The position numbers and the translations under genes are program-made. From Bacteroidota bacterium (GTDB lineage: Bacteria > Bacteroidota > Bacteroidia > Chitinophagales > Saprospiraceae): a stretch of DNA of 64,000 nt. The stretch covers positions 137,159 through 201,158 of the forward strand of contig JAAEZH010000002.1 in the NCBI GenBank assembly GCA_018222965.1, given 5' to 3'. Positions within the stretch are counted from its first letter, which is position 1, and the number at the start of each line of letters is the position of its first letter. This document shows, in pieces, positions 10,786-20,665 of the stretch. The notes beneath the pieces were generated by a model. That model saw only the letters and a program-made list of their open reading frames with translations. It had not been told where the DNA came from and ran no database searches.

Positions 10786-11379
10786 TTATTTCAGCGCTGG
10801 TTCTTCTTCCAGCTTTATTAGCGCAAAGAGTGCATAATTAATAATGTCCCGGTAATTTCCGGGCAATCCTTCAGAAACCAACATTTTACCTTCCCGGTCT
10901 TCTATCTGCCTAACCCGTATCAATTTCATCAGGATTAAATCAGTGAGGGAAGAAATGCGCATATCCCGCCAGGCTTCCCCATAATCGTGATTCTTGTCAA
11001 TCATCAGCTGACGCGTCTGATCGATCTCTTTCTCATAAAGGGAAGCCACATCGTCGGCCGGCATTTCCAAAGGGCTGTCGGCCGGCAGGCTCAATTGTAT
11101 GAGTGCCAAAATACCGTAATTCACAATGCCAATAAAGGCATCAGAAACAGGCTCGTCTACCCGTTTGGCTCCGGTTTCCTGAATTTGCCGAATCCGGCTG
11201 GCTTTGATGAATATCTGGTCTGTCAGGGAAGCCGGACGCAGGATGCGCCAGGCCGTTCCGTAGTCCTGATTCTTCTTCAAAAACAGCTGTCGGCAGATAT
11301 CCAGTTGCCGGTCGTATTGATTGAGGGTTTTCTCCACGAAAGGATTCGTTTGGCGCAAATATACCAAATGCCCGTGCAT
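10786..11379 (-). CDS. DUF1599-family protein (internally duplicated)
   Basis: 197 aa with two homologous halves (QDYGTAWRILRPASLTDQI...IRQIQE / HDYGEAWRDMRISSLTDLI...IRVRQIE). Confidence 0.65.
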   Translation of the reverse strand: MHGHLVYLRQTNPFVEKTLNQYDRQLDICRQLFLKKNQDYGTAWRILRPASLTDQIFIKASRIRQIQETGAKRVDEPVSDAFIGIVNYGILALIQLSLPADSPLEMPADDVASLYEKEIDQTRQLMIDKNHDYGEAWRDMRISSLTDLILMKLIRVRQIEDREGKMLVSEGLPGNYRDIINYALFALIKLEEEPALK

Positions 11380-11417
11380 TCTTATTAAACAGTTTTCAAA
11401 CCTTTGTTAATTGGCTG

Positions 11418-12017
11418 TTAACCAAACTGGAGGCAAAGGGAAAATCCATTGCCGTGAAAACGCAATTTGCTTAGCAAATCCTGAATCTCCGGATTATCGG
11501 CAGACAATACAATCGCTGCAGTGAGGTCAAATACAAACAGAAAGGCTCCCTGTAAGACTATCGACCGCCCAAAACCTAAAAAACGATCGGCTTTTTCACC
11601 GGTTTCTCTTTTCGAACGCTCAATCATCCAGGCACCTCCGGCCATGTAGCCCACATCCAATCCGGCATTAAACAAAAGAATCTTTTGAAAGCGGTGTTGT
11701 TGCTCGATCGTTTGGTAGAGATCAAAGGAACCCGGGTCGGTAGTCAGTGCTCCATATAATCCAAAACCGGCGAGGGTGAGATTGACCGCGTTCCAACCGA
11801 TATTCATCTGGTGGAAGTATTTGTCTGGTCCTTCACTGCCGCCCACAAGAATGGCTCCCGTAGCCATATTTCCCACAGCCCAGGTACCGAGGATGGTCAT
11901 GGCCGTTTGCTGTTTCTTTAAGCGGGATTGATTGTAATCTGTGAGTGATTGAAGGCCCTGTCCCAATGCCATGAAACCAAATAGCAGAAATAATTGGGTA
12001 AGTAGATATTTTCTCAT
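11418..12017 (-). CDS. Hypothetical membrane protein. Start moved to MRKYLL.
   Basis: The ORF-track N-terminal extension to 12074 would overlap the ggt stop and covers an intergenic copy of the recurrent 13-nt motif. MRKYLLTQLFLLFGFMALGQG is a plausible signal/TM start. Confidence 0.5.
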   Translation of the reverse strand: MRKYLLTQLFLLFGFMALGQGLQSLTDYNQSRLKKQQTAMTILGTWAVGNMATGAILVGGSEGPDKYFHQMNIGWNAVNLTLAGFGLYGALTTDPGSFDLYQTIEQQHRFQKILLFNAGLDVGYMAGGAWMIERSKRETGEKADRFLGFGRSIVLQGAFLFVFDLTAAIVLSADNPEIQDLLSKLRFHGNGFSLCLQFG

Positions 12018-12067
12018 GGCTCTTAAACAGCCAAAATTTACAGAGGTTCTGGCTTTCGCCGAATAAA

Positions 12068-13762
12068 TCACCATCCGCGAGCATCGTCGTCCGGCTGCCG
12101 GGGATCACCTGCCCCGATCAAAAGCCCGTCCGGACTGCGCATGATGGCTTTGATGCGTCCGATGGATTCTTTTTCAACCATCTTGTGCCCCAGGTTTTGC
12201 ATATCCTCCAGCCACTGGATATCCCATTTGCCGCGTTCATACCAAACTTCGTTGGGCAGCCACTGATGATGGAATCGTCCCCGATTGACAGACTCTCCAA
12301 GGGGTAGTCCGTAGAGGGCTGTATGAAGAATGACCTGATAAACCGAAGTGATGATGGTCGATCCACCCGGAGTACCTAAAACCAGAAATACCTGATCGTC
12401 TTTTTCGACTATGGTGGGTGTCATCGAACTCAGCATCCGCTTTCCAGGCTCTATTTTATTCGCTTCAGCACCTATCAACCCAAATTGATTGGGAACACCC
12501 GGTTTCAGCGAAAAGTCGTCCATCTCGTTGTTGAGGAAAAATCCGGCACCACCTACCACGACCTTTGAACCGTAATTTGAATTCAGGGTAGTGGTAACGG
12601 ATACGGCATTGCCTTCCTGATCAACAATGGAAGTATGTGTGGTTTCAAAGGATTCCAGATGCACACTTACCTTACCGGCAGCAACGGAATCGCTTTGACT
12701 GGCAGCATTTGGGTCAAAGTCTGCCAAACGATCTTCGAGGTAGATTTTATTTAAAAGGCTGTCAACAGGTACGGGATAATAATCCATATCTCCCAAAAAC
12801 TGAGCCCGGTCGGCATAAACGCGCCGCATGGCTTCAACCATCAAATGGTGGTTGGCTGTTGATAAGGGTTTATTGGGAATCAGCCGATCCTCTGTCATTT
12901 TTAATAACTGAAGCAGGGCTACGCCACCACTGCTGGGCGGAGGCATCGCTATGACTTTATGCCCCAGAAAGTCTCCAAGGAGTGGTTCTCGCCATTGAGC
13001 ATTGTAGGCAATCAGATCTTCGGCAGTAATGAGCCCCTGGCCCCGTTCCATTTCTTCCAAAATCAGGCGGGCGGTTTCTCCGGCATAAAAGCCGGATTCG
13101 CCTTCATCCCTTATTCGCTCCAGGGTTATTGCCAGTTCCGGTTGAATGATTACCTGCCCGGCCCGCCAGACTTTTCGACTGAGAAATGGATTGTCCTGAG
13201 TGGAGTATTTTTCAAAATCTTCTGCATATCTATTAAGCCGTGTCGCTTCTGTTTCTGAAATTCGAAATCCGTCGCGAGCCAGTTTAATGGCTGGTTCCAG
13301 CAATATTTTCCAATCTGCTATCTTGCCATATCTCTCATGTACCTTAACCATGCCATCTACAGTACCGGGTACGCCTGATGCGAGATGTCCCTTCAGGCTG
13401 AGATCCGGAATGACAATACCGCTGCTGTCCAGATACATTTCGGCGAAAGCCGCAGCAGGTGCCTTTTCCCGATAATCCAAAGCGGCTGTACTTCCATCGT
13501 TGTTTCGCAAAACCAGGAATCCGCCGCCACCGAGGTTTCCGGCACGTGGATAGACGACAGCCAGCGCAAATTGAACGGCCACAGCAGCATCAACGGCATT
13601 GCCACCTTCCTTCAATATTTGCAGTCCGACTTCAGAGGCGAGGGGATGCGGAGAAACTACCATGGCTTCTTCTCCCATAGCCAGTTTTGACGCCTCGTAT
13701 CCCGAATCGAGTTTACAGGAACACCAAATAAGTAGGAGAGACAGGGAAAGAAATCTCAGCAT
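12068..13762 (-). CDS. ggt: Gamma-glutamyltransferase (Ntn-hydrolase, autoprocessing Thr)
   Basis: 564 aa. Signal/lipobox (LIWCSC). AGNLGGGGF, the autoprocessing site ESFETTHTS and GTPGGSTIIT motifs are present. Confidence 0.9.
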   Translation of the reverse strand: MLRFLSLSLLLIWCSCKLDSGYEASKLAMGEEAMVVSPHPLASEVGLQILKEGGNAVDAAVAVQFALAVVYPRAGNLGGGGFLVLRNNDGSTAALDYREKAPAAAFAEMYLDSSGIVIPDLSLKGHLASGVPGTVDGMVKVHERYGKIADWKILLEPAIKLARDGFRISETEATRLNRYAEDFEKYSTQDNPFLSRKVWRAGQVIIQPELAITLERIRDEGESGFYAGETARLILEEMERGQGLITAEDLIAYNAQWREPLLGDFLGHKVIAMPPPSSGGVALLQLLKMTEDRLIPNKPLSTANHHLMVEAMRRVYADRAQFLGDMDYYPVPVDSLLNKIYLEDRLADFDPNAASQSDSVAAGKVSVHLESFETTHTSIVDQEGNAVSVTTTLNSNYGSKVVVGGAGFFLNNEMDDFSLKPGVPNQFGLIGAEANKIEPGKRMLSSMTPTIVEKDDQVFLVLGTPGGSTIITSVYQVILHTALYGLPLGESVNRGRFHHQWLPNEVWYERGKWDIQWLEDMQNLGHKMVEKESIGRIKAIMRSPDGLLIGAGDPRQPDDDARGW

Positions 13763-13909
13763 AGCGGAATTTTTCCAGATTTATAGCCGGCATATTTCGG
13801 CCGGTAAAGGCGACAGGTAAAATATTAGGATCTCGGGGAGCCCACAAGATAGCCTTTACCTCGAAGTTGTCTAAAGTTTTGCAGCCAATCTGTTCATTAG
13901 TTGCTACAT

Positions 13910-13956
13910 AAAAAAACCGGCAAACGATCAGAACGTTTGCCGGCTTTTTAAAAAAG
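13910..13956 (-). terminator. Rho-independent terminator downstream of the alpha-2-macroglobulin gene. Stem CCGGCAAACG / CGTTTGCCGG (10 bp), 7-nt loop. A-run and T-run on both sides, so possibly bidirectional.
   Basis: Perfect 10-bp inverted repeat 13917-13926 / 13934-13943 followed by a T-run in the minus-strand transcript. Confidence 0.75.
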
Positions 13957-13970
13957 TGATCAGCGGATTG

Positions 13971-16900
13971 TTATCCGGCACTATTTTGTACCACATCCAC
14001 CCAGCGCCCTGCATGGCGGGCATAAATGCGATCGTCATACATGGCTTCACAACTCACGCTCGGCAGGTAATATCTGCCCGGATATGCGGCTGTAAGCTGC
14101 ACGCGATAGGTTTGCTGTTTGCCGGCGCTAATATCAAAGAAACTAACCACCCGGTCGTCGCGGATGTCCTGATATTCAGCCTGCGAGCTGTTGGAGAAAT
14201 AACTCACATTGGTCATGCGGGAGTTGGTAATCTCCCAACCGGACGGGAATATCTGATCCAGGGCCATTTCCTCGTAGCGATACTCAAAAGGAAATCCAGG
14301 GTGTGATACACTAACCTCTGCGACAAAATCGGTTCCCTGAACTATCCGGCCCGGGTCGATGACATTGCCCTGCAGATCTTTGTATTGAACAGCGATCTTG
14401 AGGTTGTTTGCGGCATCTGTTTGATCTCCCACGATTGGTTGTCCGCGTCGCACTACACGCGCGAAAAGGACTCCCTTACCTGTGTTTTTGATCCGTACTT
14501 GTCCGCCTTTCGGCGAAAGCCCGATCAGCATCACAGGTTTATCTGCGGCTGCATTCACCGCTTGCGACTGATCCAGCTGATATTCAAAGGCAACGTTTTG
14601 CTGCATGTCAAATTTGCCTACATATTTCCCAATAGCCAGTAGGTTAAAGGACAATTCCTGAGTGCTCAGCCAACGGCTGCCACTGAGTTCTTCCGAAAGG
14701 ATTTTGACCAGTTCGCTGGCTTCTTTTGTCATTTCCAGGAAATTCATGGCTTCGAGTATCATGGCCCGGTCCCGCAGGCCGGAGCCAAAGGTGAATCCGG
14801 TTTCCTGATATTCGCGAATTTCATTTCCGAGTCCCTGAACGAGCTGTGCGGCAATGTCGGGTTTTCCGGCAACCGCATAAGCCAGTGCTAAACGCCATTT
14901 TGCAGCAGTTCCTAAATCTGTTGATTCGCGGAGTCTGTTCATTGCTCCCAGTTCCGGTTCATTGGCTAATGACAAGGTATAAAGTCGGTATGCCTGACTC
15001 AGCTGATCATTTGCATGACTGTAAAAACCCTGCTCAAATTGCCGGGGATCCCAGTTTCTGGCCAGCTTTCGCTGAAAATCGGTCCAGCGATTGAGCATGC
15101 CTCCCGGGATCGTATAGCCCTTTGCTTTTGCTTCCAGCAAGAAGTGGCCGGCATAGGTGTTGGACCATAGGTTTACGTGATTGTTTCCGGGCCAGTAGCT
15201 GAACCCACCATTGCTTTGCTGAAACTGTCGCAAACGATCAATGGTAGCCTGAATATTTGCCGGGACCTTTTCTTTTTGATCCTCCTTCAGATCAACCAGT
15301 TCTGCCAGATACAATTGCGGGAACCCGCTCGACAGGGTTTGTTCCAGACAACCATATGGATAGCGCAGCAAATACTGCAAATGCCGGTCCAAATTGATGG
15401 GAGGGAGACTGGAAACTTCAAGTACCGCTTCATTAGTCCCCGGACTTCCCAGTGGTTGATAAGTCTGTGTCCATTCAGATCCGGCTTCCAAAACATAATC
15501 GCTGACATCTGTTACAAATGGATTTGGATTGCGTACCTGGATTTCAATTTCCTGACTGGCTTTTTTGCCGTTGCCACTGGCTTCAACCGTAAATCGGGCT
15601 ACGCCGGTTTCCTGTCCGACCTGAATGTCGAAAAAGGCCAGTTGATCTCCGGTGCGACTAAACTGAAGATTCTGGCTACTCTGAGAAATCGTCACTAAGC
15701 CACTGCTTTCGCTGAGGCTGAGGCTTACATTGTTTATTCCTTCTTCCATAGCAAAAACATCAACGGGCAACTGAAGACTTTCGCCGGGGCCAAGAACTCG
15801 AGGCAGGGTAGCAAGTACCATCAGTGGTTTCTTGACAGCTACCGTTTTTTCGGCACTTCCATAAGCGCCATTTGAGGCTCCGACCACCATGACTCTCACC
15901 GAGCCTACATAGTTTGGAATCACCAAATCGTGTTTGGCTGTTTTGCCTTTTTCGAGTTTAAACGGACCAAGGTGAAGGACCACCGGTTTAAACCGATTGG
16001 CTTGATTTTCTTCTTTTTCGCGATTGATCTCACCGTCTCCTCCAATACTGAGAATACGTGCAAACTCGCCTCCATAACCACCGAGAACATAGTTGTAAAC
16101 GTCGTAGGTTTTTACCCCGAGGGCTTCCTTGGCGTAAAACGCATCCCAGGGATCAGGAGTGCCAAAATTGGTCAGATCAAGCAGGCCTTCGTCGACCACC
16201 GCAAGGGTGTATGACATGGCCTGACCGTTTTCTTCGCTGACGGCAACGGATACTTTTTGCTCCGGTTCCAGTTTGTCCGGCATGTCAATCTCCGGCTTAA
16301 TGTGCGTTTTCGGATCTTCTACCTGAATCGGAATGACTCCGTACATCCGGATGGGCAGATCATTTTCTCCATTGGCGTGCGGCTGGAGCAGGGAAACATG
16401 TGCATAAACCGTAGGCGACATTTCAGGCTTGGCTTCAAAACGAACGATATTTTCCCCGGATTGAGCTTTCTCCCAGCGCGTTTCAATTACTTCCGTACCA
16501 TTTTCGAGAGAAAGGAGAATGCGTCCGTCGGCACTGGCCGGAATCCGCAATTCTACGGTTTGTCCTGTCTCATAACTTTCTTGCGAACTGCTAAAAGCCA
16601 GCATGGCTGCTTCCTGCTGGTTGGTGCCACTTTCGTCATACCAGGGATATCCTGCATAGAAAAAGTCGCCGGAACAGTGGTCGCCATCCAGGTCACAGGC
16701 ACGGATCATATAACGTCCCCAATCGTCGACTTTCACTGACCAGGTAGCAATACCCTTGCTGTCGGTTACCAACTCGGTCGTTTGCTTGGCAGCGACGTGA
16801 TTGGAAGAAGCGTGTTGCGAGAGATTATCATTATTTCCATCCCACCACCAACGCCATTCAACTCGATAAAGGCCAACATTGATGCGGCGGTTTGCCATCG

Positions 16901-19571
16901 GATTACCATCGGCATCCACAAGGGCAAAACGCAAGCTTTTTTCCCGGCCGATATCGAGCCTTTTCTCGCCGTACTTGCCTTTCGGGATTTCAACTCCTGC
17001 ATAGGATTGATAGGGAGAGAAGGGCATGTTTGTTTGATTAATGCTTGCATCTCCACCCTTTTCAAATACCCGGGTTTTAAAACTGGCTCGCAGCTTTCCG
17101 GGGGCAGACTTTTGTTTGAGCAGATTGGCGGAGAACTGCGCTTCGCCCCGGGCATTCAGACTGCCGTCGAATACAACTTGTGGCTGGGCATTAAAACGAC
17201 GAGCCGGGTCATCAAATTCAAAGCCTGGAAATTTATCAAATTTGGTATTAATAGCACTAAGTTGACTTTCGACTTTGGCTTTTAAATTGGCGGCAGGGGC
17301 ACCGTGCAGCCACCTTGATTCTAAGGTCGCATTTACCTGTCCGTCAGCTCCTCGAATTTCATCGCCCCCAAAGTCGAGTTCTATCTTTAATCGATTGGGT
17401 TTTACGGTTTCAACCCGAATGATTTTGCTGAAACTGGCGCCTCCCACACTAACGGATGCCCGCCAGTTGCCTGTTGGCGAAGAAGCATCCGTAGCAACAT
17501 GAAGCGGATATATTTGCCCTACATGTTCGGAGGTGATCCGCTTTTCGTACAATTGACCCCGGGCATCGTAAAGTTCAAACTGAACCGGGTGACTGGCCGG
17601 GAGTGTACCCAGTTGATCTTCCAATACAAAATGGAGATAAATAGAATCACCGGGCCGCCAAACACCACGCTCGCCATACAAATATCCTTTAAGTCCTTCC
17701 TGTGGCTGTACCCCGCCCACATCAAAGCGACTTAATTGGAGAGACATGCCGTGGTCCAGTTTTAGATAACCGACTTCATTGCCGGCTTCAGCAACGGCAA
17801 CAAATGCATCGCGCTGAAGTTTGGCTCGTCCAAAACCGTTATTATCGGTAGTAGCTGACCCAACCAGTTGCTGCTGGTAATCGTAAAAAGACACCTTTGC
17901 TCCGGAAACGGGTTGTCCGCTGCGGAGATCGGTTACGACCACATAGGAAGATTGGTTTCGGTCGGTTTTGGCAATCAGGCCTAAATTTGAAACGAGGACA
18001 TTCCGACTGATGAAATTATCGGAATTGTAATAGGCCGGATAGCAGGGATCTTCCCGGTGTTGCCAGCGATATCCTTCATAATATCCATCGATCCCATAAT
18101 AGCCAGACATAATGCTGGAATATTCTGTTTCTGCTTCCTGCGACTGATAAGAAACCAGTTCTACATCTGCTTCCTGGTCTGTTTCTTTCCCCGGACAATA
18201 ATAATTGGAGTATTCGGGGCGGTAGCCAATGCGAACCTGATAAATAGCTTCCGGATCTGCTTCAATCAATTTGCTTAGGTCCAGTGCGTACCGTTGTTTT
18301 TTATTGGGATCTGCCTTGGCATTTAAACTGGTCAGTTCTACTTTTTGCTGGTGGATAATGCGCCCCACGCGTTCCAGATCGTATTGGCCATCCAGGTCAT
18401 TATACTGCAAGAACTGAAGGATGTTATTGTTGTAGATCTTAAATATTTCTACTTCAACTGCATTCAGGTTGACCGCCTCAAAAGGGAAGTAGAGTCCGTC
18501 CGACTTTGGCATGATCACTCCGCGACCGGCCAGGAATACAGCAGGTGCTTCTTCTGTAAAGGTAACGGTATACCTCCCAGCCAAAGGCATCTTCATTTTT
18601 TGGCTGTTGCGCAGTCCCGGTTCAACCACCAGGGTCTTTTCGCCGGTTAATCTGGCGGAAGGGTAAATCAGGACCGCATTGCCGTCTACGCTGAAACTGA
18701 GATTGGAATTATCGGAATAGTCCAGTATACGGATCAGTCCGTTTAGATTTTGTTCCGGGTCAATAGGGTCAGAGAAATGAAGGCTGATGTATTGTTGCGG
18801 ACTTTGATAAACCTTGGCCCCGGTGATTTTGAAGTCGCCCAAAGCGGGTACTTCATATTGGATGCTCGCTTTTTGAGAAACTCCCAGAGACCGTCCGTTC
18901 CAGGATATTTCAACGTTTTCCGCTTTTTCGCCGCGTTCCACATTCTTTATGGTAAAGCGGTGTTCCGTTCCTCCTCCAGCATGAGTCCAGCTAATATTTT
19001 TTGATTGGCCATTTTGGGTAGCTGTTAGGATGCCTTCTACTATTTCCTCATCTGCCACATCGGTTGTACTTAGTATGCCGGTGATTTCCTGCTTGGAAAG
19101 ATCGGCAGGATCGGGAGCTTGCAGCCCTTCCATACTCACATCAAACTCCATTGCTTTAATATGGAAATCGAATTCAAAACTTCGAGCATCCGCCGGAACT
19201 CCCTGGAAGATTTCACCCAGGTAAACGGTAGCAACATAGGTGGTGGCAGGTTCCAGATAAGTGTCAGGCTGAAAAACCAGTGTAAAAGGATCTTCCCAGT
19301 AAGTCCTGCCGGAAGCAGCAGGGGAGAGGGAGATCAGTTTTTCATCGAGGTTTTGACCGATGGCTTCCTGATCTACGGCAGCCTGTGTAAAGCGCACGCG
19401 TAGTTTTGCATTCCGCGAAAGCGTACCCGAACTGTAGGCATACACATACGAACTAACGGATTCATTCATGGGAGCAGCAGACTGCTCTTTTTTACAGGAA
19501 GAAAAACTGAAAGCCAGGGCCAGAATCAGAGAAAACAAAAAAGCCTGTGGCTTAATGGATGTAAAGGGCAT
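13971..19571 (-). CDS. Bacterial alpha-2-macroglobulin family lipoprotein (MG domains, thioester CLEQ)
   Basis: 1866 aa. Lipoprotein signal (FSFSSCKK). Thioester motif YGCLEQ present. Size and domain order match bacterial A2M. Confidence 0.9.
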   Translation of the reverse strand: MPFTSIKPQAFLFSLILALAFSFSSCKKEQSAAPMNESVSSYVYAYSSGTLSRNAKLRVRFTQAAVDQEAIGQNLDEKLISLSPAASGRTYWEDPFTLVFQPDTYLEPATTYVATVYLGEIFQGVPADARSFEFDFHIKAMEFDVSMEGLQAPDPADLSKQEITGILSTTDVADEEIVEGILTATQNGQSKNISWTHAGGGTEHRFTIKNVERGEKAENVEISWNGRSLGVSQKASIQYEVPALGDFKITGAKVYQSPQQYISLHFSDPIDPEQNLNGLIRILDYSDNSNLSFSVDGNAVLIYPSARLTGEKTLVVEPGLRNSQKMKMPLAGRYTVTFTEEAPAVFLAGRGVIMPKSDGLYFPFEAVNLNAVEVEIFKIYNNNILQFLQYNDLDGQYDLERVGRIIHQQKVELTSLNAKADPNKKQRYALDLSKLIEADPEAIYQVRIGYRPEYSNYYCPGKETDQEADVELVSYQSQEAETEYSSIMSGYYGIDGYYEGYRWQHREDPCYPAYYNSDNFISRNVLVSNLGLIAKTDRNQSSYVVVTDLRSGQPVSGAKVSFYDYQQQLVGSATTDNNGFGRAKLQRDAFVAVAEAGNEVGYLKLDHGMSLQLSRFDVGGVQPQEGLKGYLYGERGVWRPGDSIYLHFVLEDQLGTLPASHPVQFELYDARGQLYEKRITSEHVGQIYPLHVATDASSPTGNWRASVSVGGASFSKIIRVETVKPNRLKIELDFGGDEIRGADGQVNATLESRWLHGAPAANLKAKVESQLSAINTKFDKFPGFEFDDPARRFNAQPQVVFDGSLNARGEAQFSANLLKQKSAPGKLRASFKTRVFEKGGDASINQTNMPFSPYQSYAGVEIPKGKYGEKRLDIGREKSLRFALVDADGNPMANRRINVGLYRVEWRWWWDGNNDNLSQHASSNHVAAKQTTELVTDSKGIATWSVKVDDWGRYMIRACDLDGDHCSGDFFYAGYPWYDESGTNQQEAAMLAFSSSQESYETGQTVELRIPASADGRILLSLENGTEVIETRWEKAQSGENIVRFEAKPEMSPTVYAHVSLLQPHANGENDLPIRMYGVIPIQVEDPKTHIKPEIDMPDKLEPEQKVSVAVSEENGQAMSYTLAVVDEGLLDLTNFGTPDPWDAFYAKEALGVKTYDVYNYVLGGYGGEFARILSIGGDGEINREKEENQANRFKPVVLHLGPFKLEKGKTAKHDLVIPNYVGSVRVMVVGASNGAYGSAEKTVAVKKPLMVLATLPRVLGPGESLQLPVDVFAMEEGINNVSLSLSESSGLVTISQSSQNLQFSRTGDQLAFFDIQVGQETGVARFTVEASGNGKKASQEIEIQVRNPNPFVTDVSDYVLEAGSEWTQTYQPLGSPGTNEAVLEVSSLPPINLDRHLQYLLRYPYGCLEQTLSSGFPQLYLAELVDLKEDQKEKVPANIQATIDRLRQFQQSNGGFSYWPGNNHVNLWSNTYAGHFLLEAKAKGYTIPGGMLNRWTDFQRKLARNWDPRQFEQGFYSHANDQLSQAYRLYTLSLANEPELGAMNRLRESTDLGTAAKWRLALAYAVAGKPDIAAQLVQGLGNEIREYQETGFTFGSGLRDRAMILEAMNFLEMTKEASELVKILSEELSGSRWLSTQELSFNLLAIGKYVGKFDMQQNVAFEYQLDQSQAVNAAADKPVMLIGLSPKGGQVRIKNTGKGVLFARVVRRGQPIVGDQTDAANNLKIAVQYKDLQGNVIDPGRIVQGTDFVAEVSVSHPGFPFEYRYEEMALDQIFPSGWEITNSRMTNVSYFSNSSQAEYQDIRDDRVVSFFDISAGKQQTYRVQLTAAYPGRYYLPSVSCEAMYDDRIYARHAGRWVDVVQNSAG
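14505..14521. repeat. Full 17-mer copy of the recurrent near-palindrome GCCTTTCGGCGAAAGCC (inside the alpha-2-macroglobulin CDS)
   Basis: Exact string read from sequence. Confidence 0.9.
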
Positions 19572-19740
19572 GGGGTTGATTTAGTGAATTATAAGGAAGA
19601 AGTTTTTTATCGAGTCTTAAAAACTTCATATAGTGTAAAGTACAAATTGCCGGTAAATCAAGGAAATTTTCAACTCATTTGTATGAATTCTGTTTAGTAA
19701 TCAGTTTGAAACAAAATTTCAACAACAGCAGTAGTCATTT

Positions 19741-20376
19741 ATGTCGCAAATCGTGCCTTTATTTCCGCTTCCAATGATCGTCTTCCCCGGGGAAGAGGTA
19801 AACTTGCACATCTTCGAGCCTCGTTATAAACAGCTCATAGGGGAATGCAGGGATCAGGATCTGCACTTTGCCATTCCTCCGTTTATCAATAATAAGCTGA
19901 TGCCAATCGCCACGGAAATGGAATTAGTGTCTATTTCTAAAGTATATCCAAAAGGAGAAATGGATGTTACAGTTCGGGCCATCCGGCAATTGCGCATCCG
20001 CGAATATTATACGGAAGCTCCGGATAAATTATACCCTGGTGGGGAATGCAAACCCTTTATTTTTACCGAAAACAGCGATATATTCTTCCAACAGGATATT
20101 CATCGGATGCTGCAAAGTATTCTTACCGACCTGCCTTATAAAGGGAAATTACCCGATAATCCGGCAGAACTTGAAATACACAAGTATGTGCATCTGGTAG
20201 GTATGAATGTAACGGATATGTATGAAATGTATGAGGCTCCTCAGGAAAGAGATCGTCAGCAACTGTTTTTACAACACCTGAAGCAGGTAATGCCCAGAGT
20301 TAGAAAAATGGAGGAATTAAAAAGAAAGGTCCGGATGAACGGGCATTTCAAAAATGTGATCCCGCCCAGAGTATAA
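19741..20376 (+). CDS. LON substrate-binding (Lon N-terminal) domain protein
   Basis: 211 aa. PLFPLPMIVFPGEEVNLHIFEPRYKQL is the canonical start of the Lon N-domain fold. Confidence 0.65.
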   Translation: MSQIVPLFPLPMIVFPGEEVNLHIFEPRYKQLIGECRDQDLHFAIPPFINNKLMPIATEMELVSISKVYPKGEMDVTVRAIRQLRIREYYTEAPDKLYPGGECKPFIFTENSDIFFQQDIHRMLQSILTDLPYKGKLPDNPAELEIHKYVHLVGMNVTDMYEMYEAPQERDRQQLFLQHLKQVMPRVRKMEELKRKVRMNGHFKNVIPPRV

Positions 20377-20665
20377 AAAAATCACACAAGCGCCAGGGTT
20401 GTTTTGAACCCCAATAATGACATGTATGGACCAGCTGTTATGGATCGGTAATCCCCTTGTCGAACAGAGTCGAATCCCGAAGGACTGAGGCCCGCCCTAG
20501 TCATAACAAGTCTAAATCCAATTTAATAAGTGTTGGATCAAAACGTTGGTTTGGCACCTGTGTGAATGTCTCTTCTGCATGCGTTCATGCATCGTTACTA
20601 ACAAGCCCAAATGTAGAAAGTTTTTGAAGTGCTTGTCAAGTTCTTTGTCAAGTTTTTTACAAAAT

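Noticed and set aside
12018-12074. N-terminal extension of ORF 11418-12074 (MVIYSAKARTS...)
   Set aside because: Would overlap the ggt stop. The SAKA comes from the recurrent DNA motif. The better start with a signal peptide is MRKYLL at 12017.
20440-20475. tRNA T-loop-like sequence GAGTCGAATCCCGAAGG
   Set aside because: Could not assemble acceptor, D or anticodon arms. Position 54 is non-canonical. Not called as tRNA or tmRNA.
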